64,000 bases of DNA from an uncultured Acidobacteriota bacterium (GCA_963720545.1 OY970399.1:3616001-3680000); one strand, 5' to 3'; positions 1-9,950 are shown, numbered from the stretch's first letter. Notes: generated from the sequence alone by a model not told the origin. A program made the numbers and translations.

Positions 1-1
1 G

Positions 2-679
2 CCTTTCACGGTCGCGGGAGGCGCCAGCGACCTGCGTCCGGGCGACCTGATCGAGGCAGTCCTGGTCGTGCGCGACACCGATAGCAAGCTCGAGCACGTG
101 GTGGTGAAACAACGCGGGCTTGCCGTCGCGGCGCCGCAGCACGCCGGGCCGCCGGCGCAAATCGGCGCGCCGGTGCCCGACTTTTCGCTCACCAACCAGG
201 ACGGCGGCAGGATATCGATGAAGCAATACCGCGGCCGGGCGCTGGCCGTGACCTTCGTCTATACGCGCTGTCCGATCCCGGAGTTCTGCCCGTACCTGAT
301 GCGCGCGTTCAGCCAGCTCGAGGCCGCCATTGCGACGGACCCGCAGCTCTGGAAGAACACGCACCTGCTCACGGTCAGCTTCGACCCGGAGCACGACACG
401 CCCGAGGTGCTGCGCCGCTACGCGGAGCCGTTCGTGCGGGCGCGCGGCGCCAACCGCTTCGCGCACTGGGAGCTCGCCACCGGCACGAAGCAGCAGGTGA
501 AGGACGTGGCGGAGTTCTTCGGCCTCTCGTACTGGGGCGAGGGCAAGGACATCGCCCATTCGCTCAGAACCGGTATCGTTGGGCCCGGCGGCACCTTGCT
601 GAAAGTCTACGAAGACAACGACTGGACGACGGACGACGCGCTCGCCTCGCTGCGCGAAGCCGTGGAGGAACGAAAGTGA
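2..679 (+). CDS. SCO1/SenC family copper chaperone, probably with an N-terminal CusF-like domain (5' truncated by window)
   Basis: FVYTRCPIPEFCP motif, SFDPEHDTPEVL and conserved His (IAHSLRT); frame is open to the window edge (PFTV...PGDLIEAVL). Confidence 0.85.
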   Translation, partial: PFTVAGGASDLRPGDLIEAVLVVRDTDSKLEHVVVKQRGLAVAAPQHAGPPAQIGAPVPDFSLTNQDGGRISMKQYRGRALAVTFVYTRCPIPEFCPYLMRAFSQLEAAIATDPQLWKNTHLLTVSFDPEHDTPEVLRRYAEPFVRARGANRFAHWELATGTKQQVKDVAEFFGLSYWGEGKDIAHSLRTGIVGPGGTLLKVYEDNDWTTDDALASLREAVEERK

Positions 680-981
680 CGGCGTATCTCATCATCGAAA
701 TCGTCGACGTCAAGGATCCCGACACCTACGCGGCATATCGCGACAAGGCGCCCGCGGAGGTGAAGGCGGGCGGCGGAACCTACCTCGTGCGCGGCGGCGA
801 CCCTGAAGTGCTCGAGGGCGACTGGAAGCCGAGCCGCGTGGTGATCCTGCGCTTCAAGGACCGTCAGAGCGCCAAGACCTGGTGGGCCTCGGACTCGTAC
901 CATCCGGTGAAGGCGCTGCGCACCGGCGCCACCCACAGCCGCATGGTGCTCGTGGACGGCACCGAAGGCGTGCCGGTCTAG
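676..981 (+). CDS. DUF1330 domain protein
   Basis: GGTYLVRGG...LEGDW...VVILRF...WWASDSY pattern; GTGA overlap with upstream stop. Confidence 0.85.
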   Translation: MTAYLIIEIVDVKDPDTYAAYRDKAPAEVKAGGGTYLVRGGDPEVLEGDWKPSRVVILRFKDRQSAKTWWASDSYHPVKALRTGATHSRMVLVDGTEGVPV

Positions 982-1580
982 CCGCAGTTCAGGCTGCGCG
1001 GCCCGCTGACGTGGGCGTTGCCGCGCTCGAAGAAGCGCAGCACCGCGTTCGCGTTGCGGGTGATGCCGACGCGCGTGCTGCGGCCGATGTCGCAGCGGTC
1101 GACGCTGGCGGTGGCGAGCCATAGTTCGCCCGGCGCGCACAAGTCGACGCCGTCGAGGCGCAGGTCCACATCGAGCGCCTGCGCGAGGCGTCCCGGCCCG
1201 CGGGTCAGGTCGCGCAGCTTCGTAACGCCGCGCGCCTTGCGCATCTGCTCGATGCCCGCCACCGGATCGAGCGCCCGAATCAGCACGCCCGCGCCGACGC
1301 CGGGGGTCTCGCTCGAGACGTTCAGCATCATCGCCGAGCCATAGGCGAAATAAACGTAGGCGTGACCGCGCTTCAGGAACAGCGTGCGGTTGCGCCGCGT
1401 CGGGCCGATGAACGAGTGCGCCGCGGGGTCGCCAACCGGGTACGCCTCGGTCTCGACGATGCGCCCGATGCGGCGCACGGCTCCAGTCTGGCGCACGACG
1501 TACTTGCCAAGCAGGTAGAGCGCCAGCGCAACGGTGTCCGTCGGCAATTCCGGGCGCCGCAGCCGGCGCAGCTTCGGCAT
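978..1580 (-). CDS. mpg: DNA-3-methyladenine glycosylase (MPG/AAG family)
   Basis: GRIVETEAY, AYVYFAYG, VLIRA, GPGRL and RVGI motifs. Confidence 0.92.
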   Translation of the reverse strand: MPKLRRLRRPELPTDTVALALYLLGKYVVRQTGAVRRIGRIVETEAYPVGDPAAHSFIGPTRRNRTLFLKRGHAYVYFAYGSAMMLNVSSETPGVGAGVLIRALDPVAGIEQMRKARGVTKLRDLTRGPGRLAQALDVDLRLDGVDLCAPGELWLATASVDRCDIGRSTRVGITRNANAVLRFFERGNAHVSGPRSLNCG

Positions 1581-1611
1581 GAGCCGAGCCTACCGCACGC
1601 CGCCGCGCGCG

Positions 1612-4263
1612 CTATTCGGCGTGCAGGGCCACCGTCGGATCGACCGATGCCGCGCGATGCGCGGGGACGTAGCTCGCGACGACTGCGAGGACCGCAACCG
1701 TCGTCGCGACCGCACCGAGGGTGGCGGCGTCGAACGCCGAGGTCTCGAACAGCAGCTGCCGCAACGGCACCGCGAGTGCCAGCGCGCCGGCAAGGCCGAG
1801 CGCCACGCCCAGTGCCGCCAGACGCACCGCTTCGGCGAGCACCAGGCGATAGACGCCGGCGCGCGAGGCGCCGAGAGCCATGCGCAGGCCGATCTCGCGG
1901 AAGCGCTGGCTCACCGAGTAGGCGACGAGGCCGTACAGGCCGACGATGCTGAGCAGCAGCGCCACCGCCGCGAATCCGCCGATAAGGAAGCTGGCCGAGC
2001 GGCGCAGGTAGGTAGCCGGCGAATCGTCGATGCGGTCGGCCATGGTGCGCTCGTCGTAGACGCCGAGGTTCGGGTCGAGGCCGCGGATTGCAGCGATCAT
2101 CGCCGGCAGCGCGGCCGCGGGGGCTTGCGCCGTGCGCACCACCACCGAGAAGTACGAGTCGGGAGTCTGGTTGTAGGGATAGTAGACCGTCGGCCACGTG
2201 GGTGAATCGAGGTCGGCCTCACGCACGTCGTCAACGATGCCGACGATCTCCTGGATGGTGTCCTTCGCCAGGTCGGTGTTGCCGAACTGCTTGCCGATCG
2301 GGTCCTCGCCGGGAAAGTAGGTATTCGCCAGGCTCTTGTTGATCACCACCACGCCGCGCTTCGTGGCGTCCTCATCATCCTTGAAATACCGGCCGGCGAT
2401 GAGGCGCGCGGACAGCGTCTTGAGGTAGGAAGCGCTCACCATCCGCTGGTTCACTTCATTGTGCTCGCCGTTGTAGGGCCGGCCGACGAAGCGGATCCAC
2501 ATGGTGTTGCCGTTGTACGTGATCGGCAGCTGCGTCGTGAAGCCCACGCCTGCCACTCCGGGCAGCGCCTCGAGCCGCCCGTGCAGTTCGCGCGCCATCG
2601 CCACGATCTCCGGATCCGTCTTGTAGCGTGTGATCGGCACGGCCACGTCCACGGTCGCGAGGCCGCGCGCGTCGAACCCGATGTCCACTTCGAGCAGCCG
2701 ATCGAGGCTCTTGCCAAGCAGCCCCGCGCCCACCAGCAGCACCACCGCGACCGCCAGCTCCACGACCACCAGGTTCGCGGCAAAGCGCCGCCAAACCGTT
2801 CCCGACTGGGTGCGCGAGCCCGCGGCAAGGCCGCCGTGCATTTCGCCAAGTTGCGCCCGCAGCACCGGCGCCAGACCGAAGAGGAGCGCCGCCGCGGCCG
2901 CAACTGCCGCCATGAACCAGAGGACGTGGCTGTTCAGCGCAAGGTCGCGAAGGAAGGGCATGTTTGCCGCCATGGTGGCGGGGATGAGGCTGCGCAGCAG
3001 GCGCATCGCGCCGGCGGCGAGGCCGACGCCGAGGAGCGTGCCGCCGATGACGAGCACTGAGCCCTCGGCGAGGAACTGGCGCACCAACCGCCCGCGGTCG
3101 GCGCCGAGCGCGCGGCGCACGGAGATTTCGGGCCGGCGGCGCTCCGCGCGCACCAGCAGGAGGCTCGCGACGTTGACCGTGGCGATGACCAGCAGCAGCG
3201 ACGCGCCGCCAAGCAGCAGGAGCAGGATCGGGCGGATCCTGCCGTTGATCGCCTCGGTGAGCGGGATGACGCTCGCACCCTGGCCCCGGTTCGAGTCGGG
3301 ATACTGCTGTTCGAGCGCGCTCGCGATCGTGCGCATGTCGGCGTCGGCCGCCGCCACGCTCACGCCGCTTCGCAGGCGGGCCACGCCGTCGAGGTTGTGA
3401 CAGCTGCGGCGCTGCTCGCAAGATGACGTACCGCGCACCAGGGTCCAGAATTCGGCCCGCGCAGTGGGCCCGAAGTGGAAGGACGCGGGCAGCACGCCGA
3501 CGACGGTATGCGGCACGTCGCTGAGCGCGACGGTGCGGCCGACGATCCCGGGGTCGCCGCCGAAGCGCCGCAGCCAGGTGCCGTGGCTGAGGAGCGCAAT
3601 GCGCGCACCCTCCGGCGCGTCCTCACCGGGAAGGAAGTCGCGGCCGAGTGCAGGGGCCACGCCGAGCGCGCGAAAGAAACCCGCGGTGACGCGCGCGGCG
3701 GGCACGGGCTCGGTGCCGGAAGGCCCGGGCATGAGGTGCGAAGTGCTCGTGTAGAGCTCGAGCGATTCGACGGTGCGCGTCATGCGCTTCCAGTCGAGAT
3801 AGTCGGCGAAGGACAGGGGCGTGCGCGGGCTCAACTCGCCGGCCGACTCGGTGATGCTGACGAGCCGCGCCGGGTCGCGGTAGGGAAGGGGCTGGATGAG
3901 GGCCGCGTCGACGAAGGCGAAGAGCGCGGCGCTGGCGCCGATGCCAAGGCCCAGGACGCAGATGGCCGTGAGCGTGAAGCCGGGATTCCTGGCGAGTTGG
4001 CGCAGCGCGAAGCGCATATCCTGCGCCGCATGCTCGACAATCGGTACCCCGGCCTGGTCGCGATACGCCTCCTTCGCCGATTCCACACCGCCAAGCTTCA
4101 CCAGCGCGGCGCGGCGCGCCTCCTCGGCACCGAGGCCAGCGCGCAGGTTGGCGTCGACCTGGAGCTGCATGTGGCTCTCGAACTCATCGGCAAGCTCCCG
4201 TTCGCGGCGTGTCCGTCGCAGCAGGCCGAGCGCGCGTGCCAGCAAACCTCGCAAGGCGCTCAC
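1612..4263 (-). CDS. ADOP-family duplicated MacB/FtsX-like ABC permease
   Basis: N-terminal ELADEFESH...EEARRAA, QDMRFALRQL.RNPGF, two FtsX blocks (EISVRRALGA, EIGLRMALGA); GTG start overlaps the PadR stop. Confidence 0.92.
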   Translation of the reverse strand: MSALRGLLARALGLLRRTRRERELADEFESHMQLQVDANLRAGLGAEEARRAALVKLGGVESAKEAYRDQAGVPIVEHAAQDMRFALRQLARNPGFTLTAICVLGLGIGASAALFAFVDAALIQPLPYRDPARLVSITESAGELSPRTPLSFADYLDWKRMTRTVESLELYTSTSHLMPGPSGTEPVPAARVTAGFFRALGVAPALGRDFLPGEDAPEGARIALLSHGTWLRRFGGDPGIVGRTVALSDVPHTVVGVLPASFHFGPTARAEFWTLVRGTSSCEQRRSCHNLDGVARLRSGVSVAAADADMRTIASALEQQYPDSNRGQGASVIPLTEAINGRIRPILLLLLGGASLLLVIATVNVASLLLVRAERRRPEISVRRALGADRGRLVRQFLAEGSVLVIGGTLLGVGLAAGAMRLLRSLIPATMAANMPFLRDLALNSHVLWFMAAVAAAAALLFGLAPVLRAQLGEMHGGLAAGSRTQSGTVWRRFAANLVVVELAVAVVLLVGAGLLGKSLDRLLEVDIGFDARGLATVDVAVPITRYKTDPEIVAMARELHGRLEALPGVAGVGFTTQLPITYNGNTMWIRFVGRPYNGEHNEVNQRMVSASYLKTLSARLIAGRYFKDDEDATKRGVVVINKSLANTYFPGEDPIGKQFGNTDLAKDTIQEIVGIVDDVREADLDSPTWPTVYYPYNQTPDSYFSVVVRTAQAPAAALPAMIAAIRGLDPNLGVYDERTMADRIDDSPATYLRRSASFLIGGFAAVALLLSIVGLYGLVAYSVSQRFREIGLRMALGASRAGVYRLVLAEAVRLAALGVALGLAGALALAVPLRQLLFETSAFDAATLGAVATTVAVLAVVASYVPAHRAASVDPTVALHAE

Positions 4264-4604
4264 GCTTTCTCTCCGGACGGCGTCAGGAACCGCGCGAGAA
4301 TCGCGTTCGCCTGCTCCCAGCTGCTCTCCTCGCGGCTCAGCTGCCGCCTGCCGGCACGAGTGATCCTGTAGAACTTCGCCTTGCGATTGTTTTCCGAGAC
4401 GCCCCATTCGGAGCTGACCGAGCCCTCCTGCTCGAGCTTCAGCAGCGCCGGATAGAGCGTGCCGTAGTTGAGCGCCAAAAGGTCGCCGCTCGTCTGCTCG
4501 ATGCGCCGCGCGATGCCGTAGCCGTGCAGCGGTCCCAGCGTCGCCAGCGTCTTCAGCACCATCAACGCCAGCGTTCCCTGCCAGACGTCGGTCTTGTCGC
4601 CCAT
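4260..4604 (-). CDS. PadR family transcriptional regulator (acidobacterial type)
   Basis: QGTLALMVLKTL, LHGYGIA, GTLYPAL, SENNRKAKFY; AGGAG RBS 6 nt upstream. Confidence 0.93.
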   Translation of the reverse strand: MGDKTDVWQGTLALMVLKTLATLGPLHGYGIARRIEQTSGDLLALNYGTLYPALLKLEQEGSVSSEWGVSENNRKAKFYRITRAGRRQLSREESSWEQANAILARFLTPSGEKA

Positions 4605-4611
4605 CGTCATC

Positions 4612-4667
4612 TCCTATGGCTTGGCCAGAGGAAATGCTAGCGCCGCCACCTATGGGAAAGCAATAGT
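4612..4667. promoter_or_regulatory. Two putative PadR operators flanking a -10 (TAGCAT, minus strand)
   Basis: TCCTATGG-N5-CCAGAGGA (4612-4632) and CCTATGG-N5-CAATAGT (4649-4667). Confidence 0.55.
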
Positions 4668-4744
4668 TCCGCGCCGCATCGGCGTCATCAGCGCGAGTTC
4701 AAGGAGGCGAACACAAGGCAGGCAAGCTGGCGCCGTGGAATGCT

Positions 4745-5206
4745 CTAGCGGCGCAAGCCGCGCGGCACGAACGGCGAAGGATCACCGGCTTCCACCAGGC
4801 CGTCGAGCGCATCGAGAAGCGCGGCGCGTGCACCCGAAGGTGTGCGCGCCAGAACTTCGTCCCAATGCGCCAGCACGACGCGCAGACGTTCGCGCGCTCG
4901 CGCCAGTGTTTCGAGACGCTCGTCCAACGCTTCGAGCTTGCGCCCGCCGAGGGCGCGGACGTCGCGGCAAGGGATGCCGCCCTGGTCGCGAACCCTCAGA
5001 ATCTGAGCGAGCTCCGCAAGCGTGAAGCCGATCGCAACCGCCTGCCGAACCAGCCGGACACGCTGGCGAGCGTCCTCGCTGTACTCCCGATAGCCATTGG
5101 CGGAGCGGCGCGCCTTCGGCAGCAGCCCCTTCTTTTCATAGAGGCGCAGGGTGTCAGTGCTCACCCGGCACTGTCGCGCGAGTTCGGCGGGGCGGAGCGT
5201 ATTCAG
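4745..5206 (-). CDS. MerR family transcriptional regulator (probable CTG start)
   Basis: LRPAELARQCRVSTDTLRLYEKKGLL...ANGYREY, GFTLAEL, IPCRDV; HTH begins upstream of the first GTG at 5164. Confidence 0.85.
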   Translation of the reverse strand: MNTLRPAELARQCRVSTDTLRLYEKKGLLPKARRSANGYREYSEDARQRVRLVRQAVAIGFTLAELAQILRVRDQGGIPCRDVRALGGRKLEALDERLETLARARERLRVVLAHWDEVLARTPSGARAALLDALDGLVEAGDPSPFVPRGLRR

Positions 5207-5709
5207 CGACGCGGATCCCCCGTGCCGTGGTCGTCCACCTGGAACTGCAGGAACTCGTGCACTGCGCCAAGCGCCACCGGGTCGGTGGTGGATATGGTGA
5301 CGACGCCGCCGCGCGCCGTGCTCGAGTACACGTACTTGATGGCGGATGCGCGTTCCTGCATGACCGGAACGCCTGGAGGAGTCTTTTGGTGGATGGCAAC
5401 GGGCATCGCGAAGTCCCCGACCGCAAAGGCTTTTGCTATCGCCTGCAGGTGTACACGGATGCGCTCGATGTCGCTATCAGACGCCGAACTCTTCATCTCG
5501 AGCCGAATCGAGCCACCGTCAGGCGCAGTCAGGAAATGGTGTTCCGCCGCCTCGGCAGGAATTCCGGTCACTCCCGAGTGACGGTGCTCGACCTGCGCCT
5601 GGTGCATGGGGCAGTCCGCATGCTCCTGCGCGGGCGCCACAGCGGCAGCTCCCACGAATACGACGCTGGCAACACAGGTTCGCAACGTCACCGACATAGT
5701 TTGTCTCAT
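5203..5709 (-). CDS. Secreted His-rich hypothetical protein, possibly metal-binding
   Basis: Signal peptide (APA-QEH), CPMH, EHHF, AVHEFLQFQVDDH. Confidence 0.75.
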   Translation of the reverse strand: MRQTMSVTLRTCVASVVFVGAAAVAPAQEHADCPMHQAQVEHRHSGVTGIPAEAAEHHFLTAPDGGSIRLEMKSSASDSDIERIRVHLQAIAKAFAVGDFAMPVAIHQKTPPGVPVMQERASAIKYVYSSTARGGVVTISTTDPVALGAVHEFLQFQVDDHGTGDPRR

Positions 5710-5715
5710 GTTCGG

Positions 5716-5747
5716 AGTGTAGGGGCTGGAACACGCTCGGACGTCAA
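5716..5747 (-). promoter_or_regulatory. MerR/ZntR-type promoter with 20-bp spacer
   Basis: TTGACG-TCCGAGCGTGTTCCAGCCCC-TACACT. Confidence 0.65.
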
Positions 5748-5793
5748 GTGAAAATGTGCTTCGCAGTGCAATGCCGGTGTACTGTAGGTCGAA

Positions 5794-6195
5794 ATGCGAA
5801 TCTCGCTGTGGGCGACGATCCTTGTTGTTGGCGCAGCGGCAGCGCCGCCGGCTGCCGGCGCCGACGATGAACGTTTCGATGACGCCCGCAAGCAAGCGGG
5901 CCTCAACCAACGCACGGATGCCGGCAAGAAGTACGACGCGGCGATGGCGCAGGTGTTTCAGGAACATTTCGCAGCCTGGATCAACGACTGTACGGCGGCC
6001 GCGACCGGCACCCAGCCGCCGCCCGAGAACTTCGAGCTCGCACTGAAGATTGCCGCCGACGGCAGCGTCGTCAAGGGCATGGTCGAGCCTGAGAACGACT
6101 TGTCCGCGTGTGTCCGCACCGCCGCCGTCGGCGAGAAGTACCCGGCGCCGCCAGCAAATGGTTACTGGTCGCTCGGCGGAATGGTCTTCAACTGA
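5794..6195 (+). CDS. Secreted hypothetical protein
   Basis: Signal peptide; two Cys; C-terminal YPAPP motif; typical codon usage. Confidence 0.65.
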   Translation: MRISLWATILVVGAAAAPPAAGADDERFDDARKQAGLNQRTDAGKKYDAAMAQVFQEHFAAWINDCTAAATGTQPPPENFELALKIAADGSVVKGMVEPENDLSACVRTAAVGEKYPAPPANGYWSLGGMVFN

Positions 6196-6702
6196 GCGAC
6201 GACGCGGCACGGCGGACGCGCACCATCGAGTGGCAGGATCCGCTTGCGATGGCGGCCAAGCGCCGTGAGCTGAACGGCCTGCAGTACCTCGAGGCCCTGC
6301 GCCGCGGCGAGTTTCCGCCGGCGCCGATCATGGTGCTCATGGGGATCACGATCGTAGACGTCGCCGAAGGACGCGCGAGCTTTCGCCATGCTTCCCGAGG
6401 AGTATCACTACAACCCGATGCGCATCGTCCACGGCGGCGTAGCGGCGGCGCTGCTCGACACCGCCATGGGCTGCGCCTTGCAGTCGCTGGTGCCGGCCGG
6501 GCGCGCTTACACCACGCTCGACATCCAGGTGCGCTATGTGCGGCCGCTGACGCGGCAAAGCGGCCGCGTGCTGTGCCACGGAGCCGCTGTCCACGTCGGC
6601 ACCAGGACGGCAACCGCCGAGGGCCGCGTGGTGGACGAAGCAGGCAAGCTGTACGCGACCGGCACCACGAGCTGCATGCTCATCGACATGCCCACCGGCT
6701 GA
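6192..6702 (+). CDS. PaaI family thioesterase (frameshift near 6383; probable sequencing error)
   Basis: N-half RTRTIEWQDP...GLQYL...PPAPI in one frame; HYNPMRIVHGG...LLDTAMGCA in another; removing one T of TTT(6381-6383) fuses them. Confidence 0.8.
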
Positions 6703-6716
6703 GCGGTGGCGCGCGC

Positions 6717-7430
6717 CTATTTCGCGGCGCCGACCAGGACCGGCTTGTCGCGGTAGACCGTGGGAAAGATCTGCTTGAGGGCAGCGACCTTCGGCATGTC
6801 GTTGACCGCGATGTACGGATAGGTGGGATGCAGCGTCAGGAAGTCCTGGTGGTAGGCCTCGGCCGGATAAAAGGACTGTCCGGGTTCGATCTTGGTCACC
6901 AGCGCCGCCTTGAAGATGTGCGCCTCGTCGAGCTGCGCCACATACGCCTTGGCCACGGCGGCCTGTCGCTCGTTCATTGGGAAGACGGCAGAGCGGTACT
7001 GGGTGCCCGTGTCTGGCCCCTGGCGGTTCAGCTGCGTCGGGTCGTGCACCACGGAGAAGAAGATCTGCAGCAGCTGGCCGTACGTGATCTTGCGCGGATC
7101 GTAGGTCACCTGCACCGATTCGGCATGGCCGGTGACGCCGCTGCCGACGATCTCGTAGACGGCCGTTCGTTTGGAGCCACCGGTGTAACCGGAAATAGCG
7201 CTCTTCACGCCGTCGACGTGCTGGTAAACGCCCTGCACTCCCCAGAAGCAGCCGCCTGCAAGCACCGCCGTTTCGGTGGCTGTGGTCGCCGCCGGCTCGT
7301 CTACCTTCGGCGGCGGTACGACACGCGCCTTCTCGGCGGAGAAGGCCGTGCCCGAGGCCCCGCCGCACGCGAGGAACAGTGCGCCAGCGAAAAGGGACGC
7401 GGCCAGCATGGTTGTCATGGTCTTGCGCAT
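6717..7430 (-). CDS. msrA: Peptide-methionine (S)-S-oxide reductase, exported (lipoprotein-like signal)
   Basis: GGCFWG, GHAESV, HDPTQLNRQGPD.GTQYRS, AEAYHQ. Confidence 0.95.
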   Translation of the reverse strand: MRKTMTTMLAASLFAGALFLACGGASGTAFSAEKARVVPPPKVDEPAATTATETAVLAGGCFWGVQGVYQHVDGVKSAISGYTGGSKRTAVYEIVGSGVTGHAESVQVTYDPRKITYGQLLQIFFSVVHDPTQLNRQGPDTGTQYRSAVFPMNERQAAVAKAYVAQLDEAHIFKAALVTKIEPGQSFYPAEAYHQDFLTLHPTYPYIAVNDMPKVAALKQIFPTVYRDKPVLVGAAK

Positions 7431-7446
7431 CGTCAGCTCCATTGGG

Positions 7447-9229
7447 TCAACCGAACGTAAATGCGAACGCCTCGGCACCGGCGTCGAGGAAACGGATCTC
7501 GAAGGTGCGGTCCTCGACCTCGCCCTTCTGGCGAATGAGCTGGTAGAGGCGCTCTTCCTTCACAACGCCATTGCCAGCGGCGTCGGCGTCCATGCCGTGG
7601 TCGTTGCCCGGGGCGGCGCCATCGATGGTCACGCGAAAACGCACCGGCTTGCCGCCCTTGCCGGGACCGAGCACCAGGTGCAGGTCGCGCGCGTGGAAGC
7701 GGAAGGCGATCGCGCCGTTGGCCACGCCAAGCGCCGCGTGCTCCGCGGTCACCGTCCACTCACCGTCGAGCCCCCACTCGTTGAGCCGCGGCTTGCCCTG
7801 GGTGTAGGTCTTGCGCTTGTCATGCGCGGCACCGCCGGGAGAGACGAAGTGCTCCGCGCGCTCATAGCCCAGATACGTCTCGGGCGACAGCACGTCGGCC
7901 ATGGCCGGGGGCGCCTCTGCCCCTGACGCGGTGACCGCAACGAAGCCCGCGCTCGCTGCCGCTGCCTCTCCGGCTTCGGCAAGCAGCTGCTGAATGACAC
8001 GCTCCGAATCCTCGTAGCTGCCCTCGCCGAAATGGTGGTAGCGAACCTGCCCGTTCGCATCGACGAAGTAGTGCGCCGGCCAATATTGGTTGTTGAACGC
8101 GCGCCAGATGGCGTAGTCGTTGTCTACCGCCACCGGATACGCGATGCGCAGGTCGGCGACCGCCTTCTTCACGTTGTCGAGGTTCTTCTCGAACGCGAAC
8201 TCCGGCGCGTGTACGCCGATCACCACCAGGCCCTGATCCTTGTACTTGTCGGCCCAGGCGCGCACATAGGGAATGGCGCGCAGGCAGTTGATGCAGGAGT
8301 ACGTCCAGAAGTCGATGACCACCACCTTGCCCTTGAGGCCAGCGGTGGTCAGCGGCTGCGTGTTCAGCCACTGCGTGGCGCCGTCGAGCGAAGGGAACGC
8401 GCCTTCGATACCAAGTGTCGCAGCGTGCGGCTTACCGCTCATCATCAGCGCGCCCGCCAGCCATCGCCTCGCTCCGACCGCTCATCGCCATTGCCGCGTC
8501 GGGTGAGGGACCAGGATGGAAGCGTGACAGCAGCTTCTGTTCGATGGCGGAGGTGCTGGCTAGCGAGATGCGCGTCAGGAAGCCGGTGTCGGCGCCGAGC
8601 GCAATCGCGACCACGGCCACCAGTACCAGCGCACCAAGGCCGCGCCGCAGCCATTCGCCAGCGTCGAGCGAGCGCTTCATCGCGGCGAACACGCGTCCGC
8701 CCACCAGCAGCGCGAGCCCCAGCGAGGTGGCGGCGCCGGCGGCGTAGGCCAGCAGCAGCAGCGAAGTGCCGGCGTTGGCGCCCTGCAGCGCGGCGCCCGT
8801 GAGGATCAGGCCGAGAATCGGGCCGGCGCAGGGCGCCCAAAGCAGACCGGTCGCGATGCCGAGAAGGAACGACGGCAACACCGGCGAGCCGCTGCTGTCT
8901 GCGCTGCCCGACAGACGGCCGCCGAGCGCCACGAGCGGCTGCGTCAGCCGCGTGGCGAGATCAGGGAAGAGCAGCGTGAGCCCGAAGAGCGCGAGCAGCA
9001 CGAGCGCCGCGGTTCGGCCGTACTGGTTCGCCTGCACCGCCCAGCCGCCGCCGACCGCCGCGAGAGTCGCCACCAGGGCGAAGGTCGCCGCCATTCCCAC
9101 GAGGATCGGCAGCCCGCTGCGCAGGAACGGCCGATCTGCGCGCGCGAACACGAACGGCAGCACCGGCAGGATGCAGGGACTGATGATGGTGAGCACACCA
9201 CCGAAGTAGGCGAGGACGAAGAGCAACAT
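7447..9229 (-). CDS. dipZ: DipZ (CcdA-like TM domain plus thioredoxin domain), frameshifted near 8453
   Basis: SPCILPVLP and WAPCAGP in 8432-9229; FWTYSCINC, HAPEFAFE, YWPAHY and AFTFG in 7447-8445; deleting one G of GGG gives GGALMMSGK. Confidence 0.85.
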
Positions 9230-9247
9230 TTTGTGGAGGCTCCGGCT

Positions 9248-9733
9248 TCAGGCGGTGAGCGGCTTGAACTTCATCGCCACGCCGTTCATGCAGTAACGCA
9301 GGCCGGTGGGCTTCGGACCATCGTCGAACACGTGGCCCAGGTGTCCGCCGCAGCGGCGGCAGTGCACGGCCTCGCGGACCATTCCGAGCGTCACGTCGCG
9401 CGTGGTGCCGACGGCGTTCTCGAGTGGTGCCCAGAAACTTGGCCAGCCCGTGCCGCTGTCGTACTTGGTCGTGGAAGAAAAGAGATCGAGGTCGCAGCCT
9501 GCGCAGATGAAGTTGCCGCGCCGCTCCTCATGCAGCAGCGGCGAGGTGTAGGCACGCTCGGTGCCCTCGCGCCGGAGCACGTCGAACTGGGCGGGAGTGA
9601 GCTGCTTGCGCCACTCCTCTTCCGTGTGGGTCACCTCGAACTTCTTCGACGACGCCGCGCGCGACGTGGAACTGCAGGCGGCGGCCAGGCCGGCCGCGCC
9701 GAAGGCCACGAATGCGCGCCTGGTCATCATCAT
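9248..9733 (-). CDS. msrB: Peptide-methionine (R)-S-oxide reductase with Tat-type signal
   Basis: TRRAFV; CAGC/CRRC; SGTGWPSF; HLGHVFDDGP.PTGLRYCMN. Confidence 0.95.
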   Translation of the reverse strand: MMMTRRAFVAFGAAGLAAACSSTSRAASSKKFEVTHTEEEWRKQLTPAQFDVLRREGTERAYTSPLLHEERRGNFICAGCDLDLFSSTTKYDSGTGWPSFWAPLENAVGTTRDVTLGMVREAVHCRRCGGHLGHVFDDGPKPTGLRYCMNGVAMKFKPLTA

Positions 9734-9772
9734 CTCAGTCTCCCTCTCAACCACTCTACCGCCCCTTCGTTG

Positions 9773-9799
9773 TACGCTGCCGGCATGCCGATCGGATCT
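9773..9799 (-). promoter_or_regulatory. Putative ECF sigma promoter for msrB-dipZ-msrA
   Basis: AGATCC-N17-CGTA on the minus strand. Confidence 0.4.
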
Positions 9800-9950
9800 C
9801 AAGAGCTTGCCGGCACCCTGCTTGCGGCCCGGCACAAAGCCGCACAATTGTTTGCGAAAAGCGAGGGTGGGGACCTGATCCATGCTGACCCCTTCAAGCG
9901 GCCCGGCCAATGGTAGGGTGCCCTCAGCGGTTGGAGGACGACGACGCCTG

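Noticed and set aside
6381..6390. Programmed ribosomal frameshift in PaaI
   Set aside because: No slippery heptamer or stimulatory structure; same pattern as the other homopolymer errors
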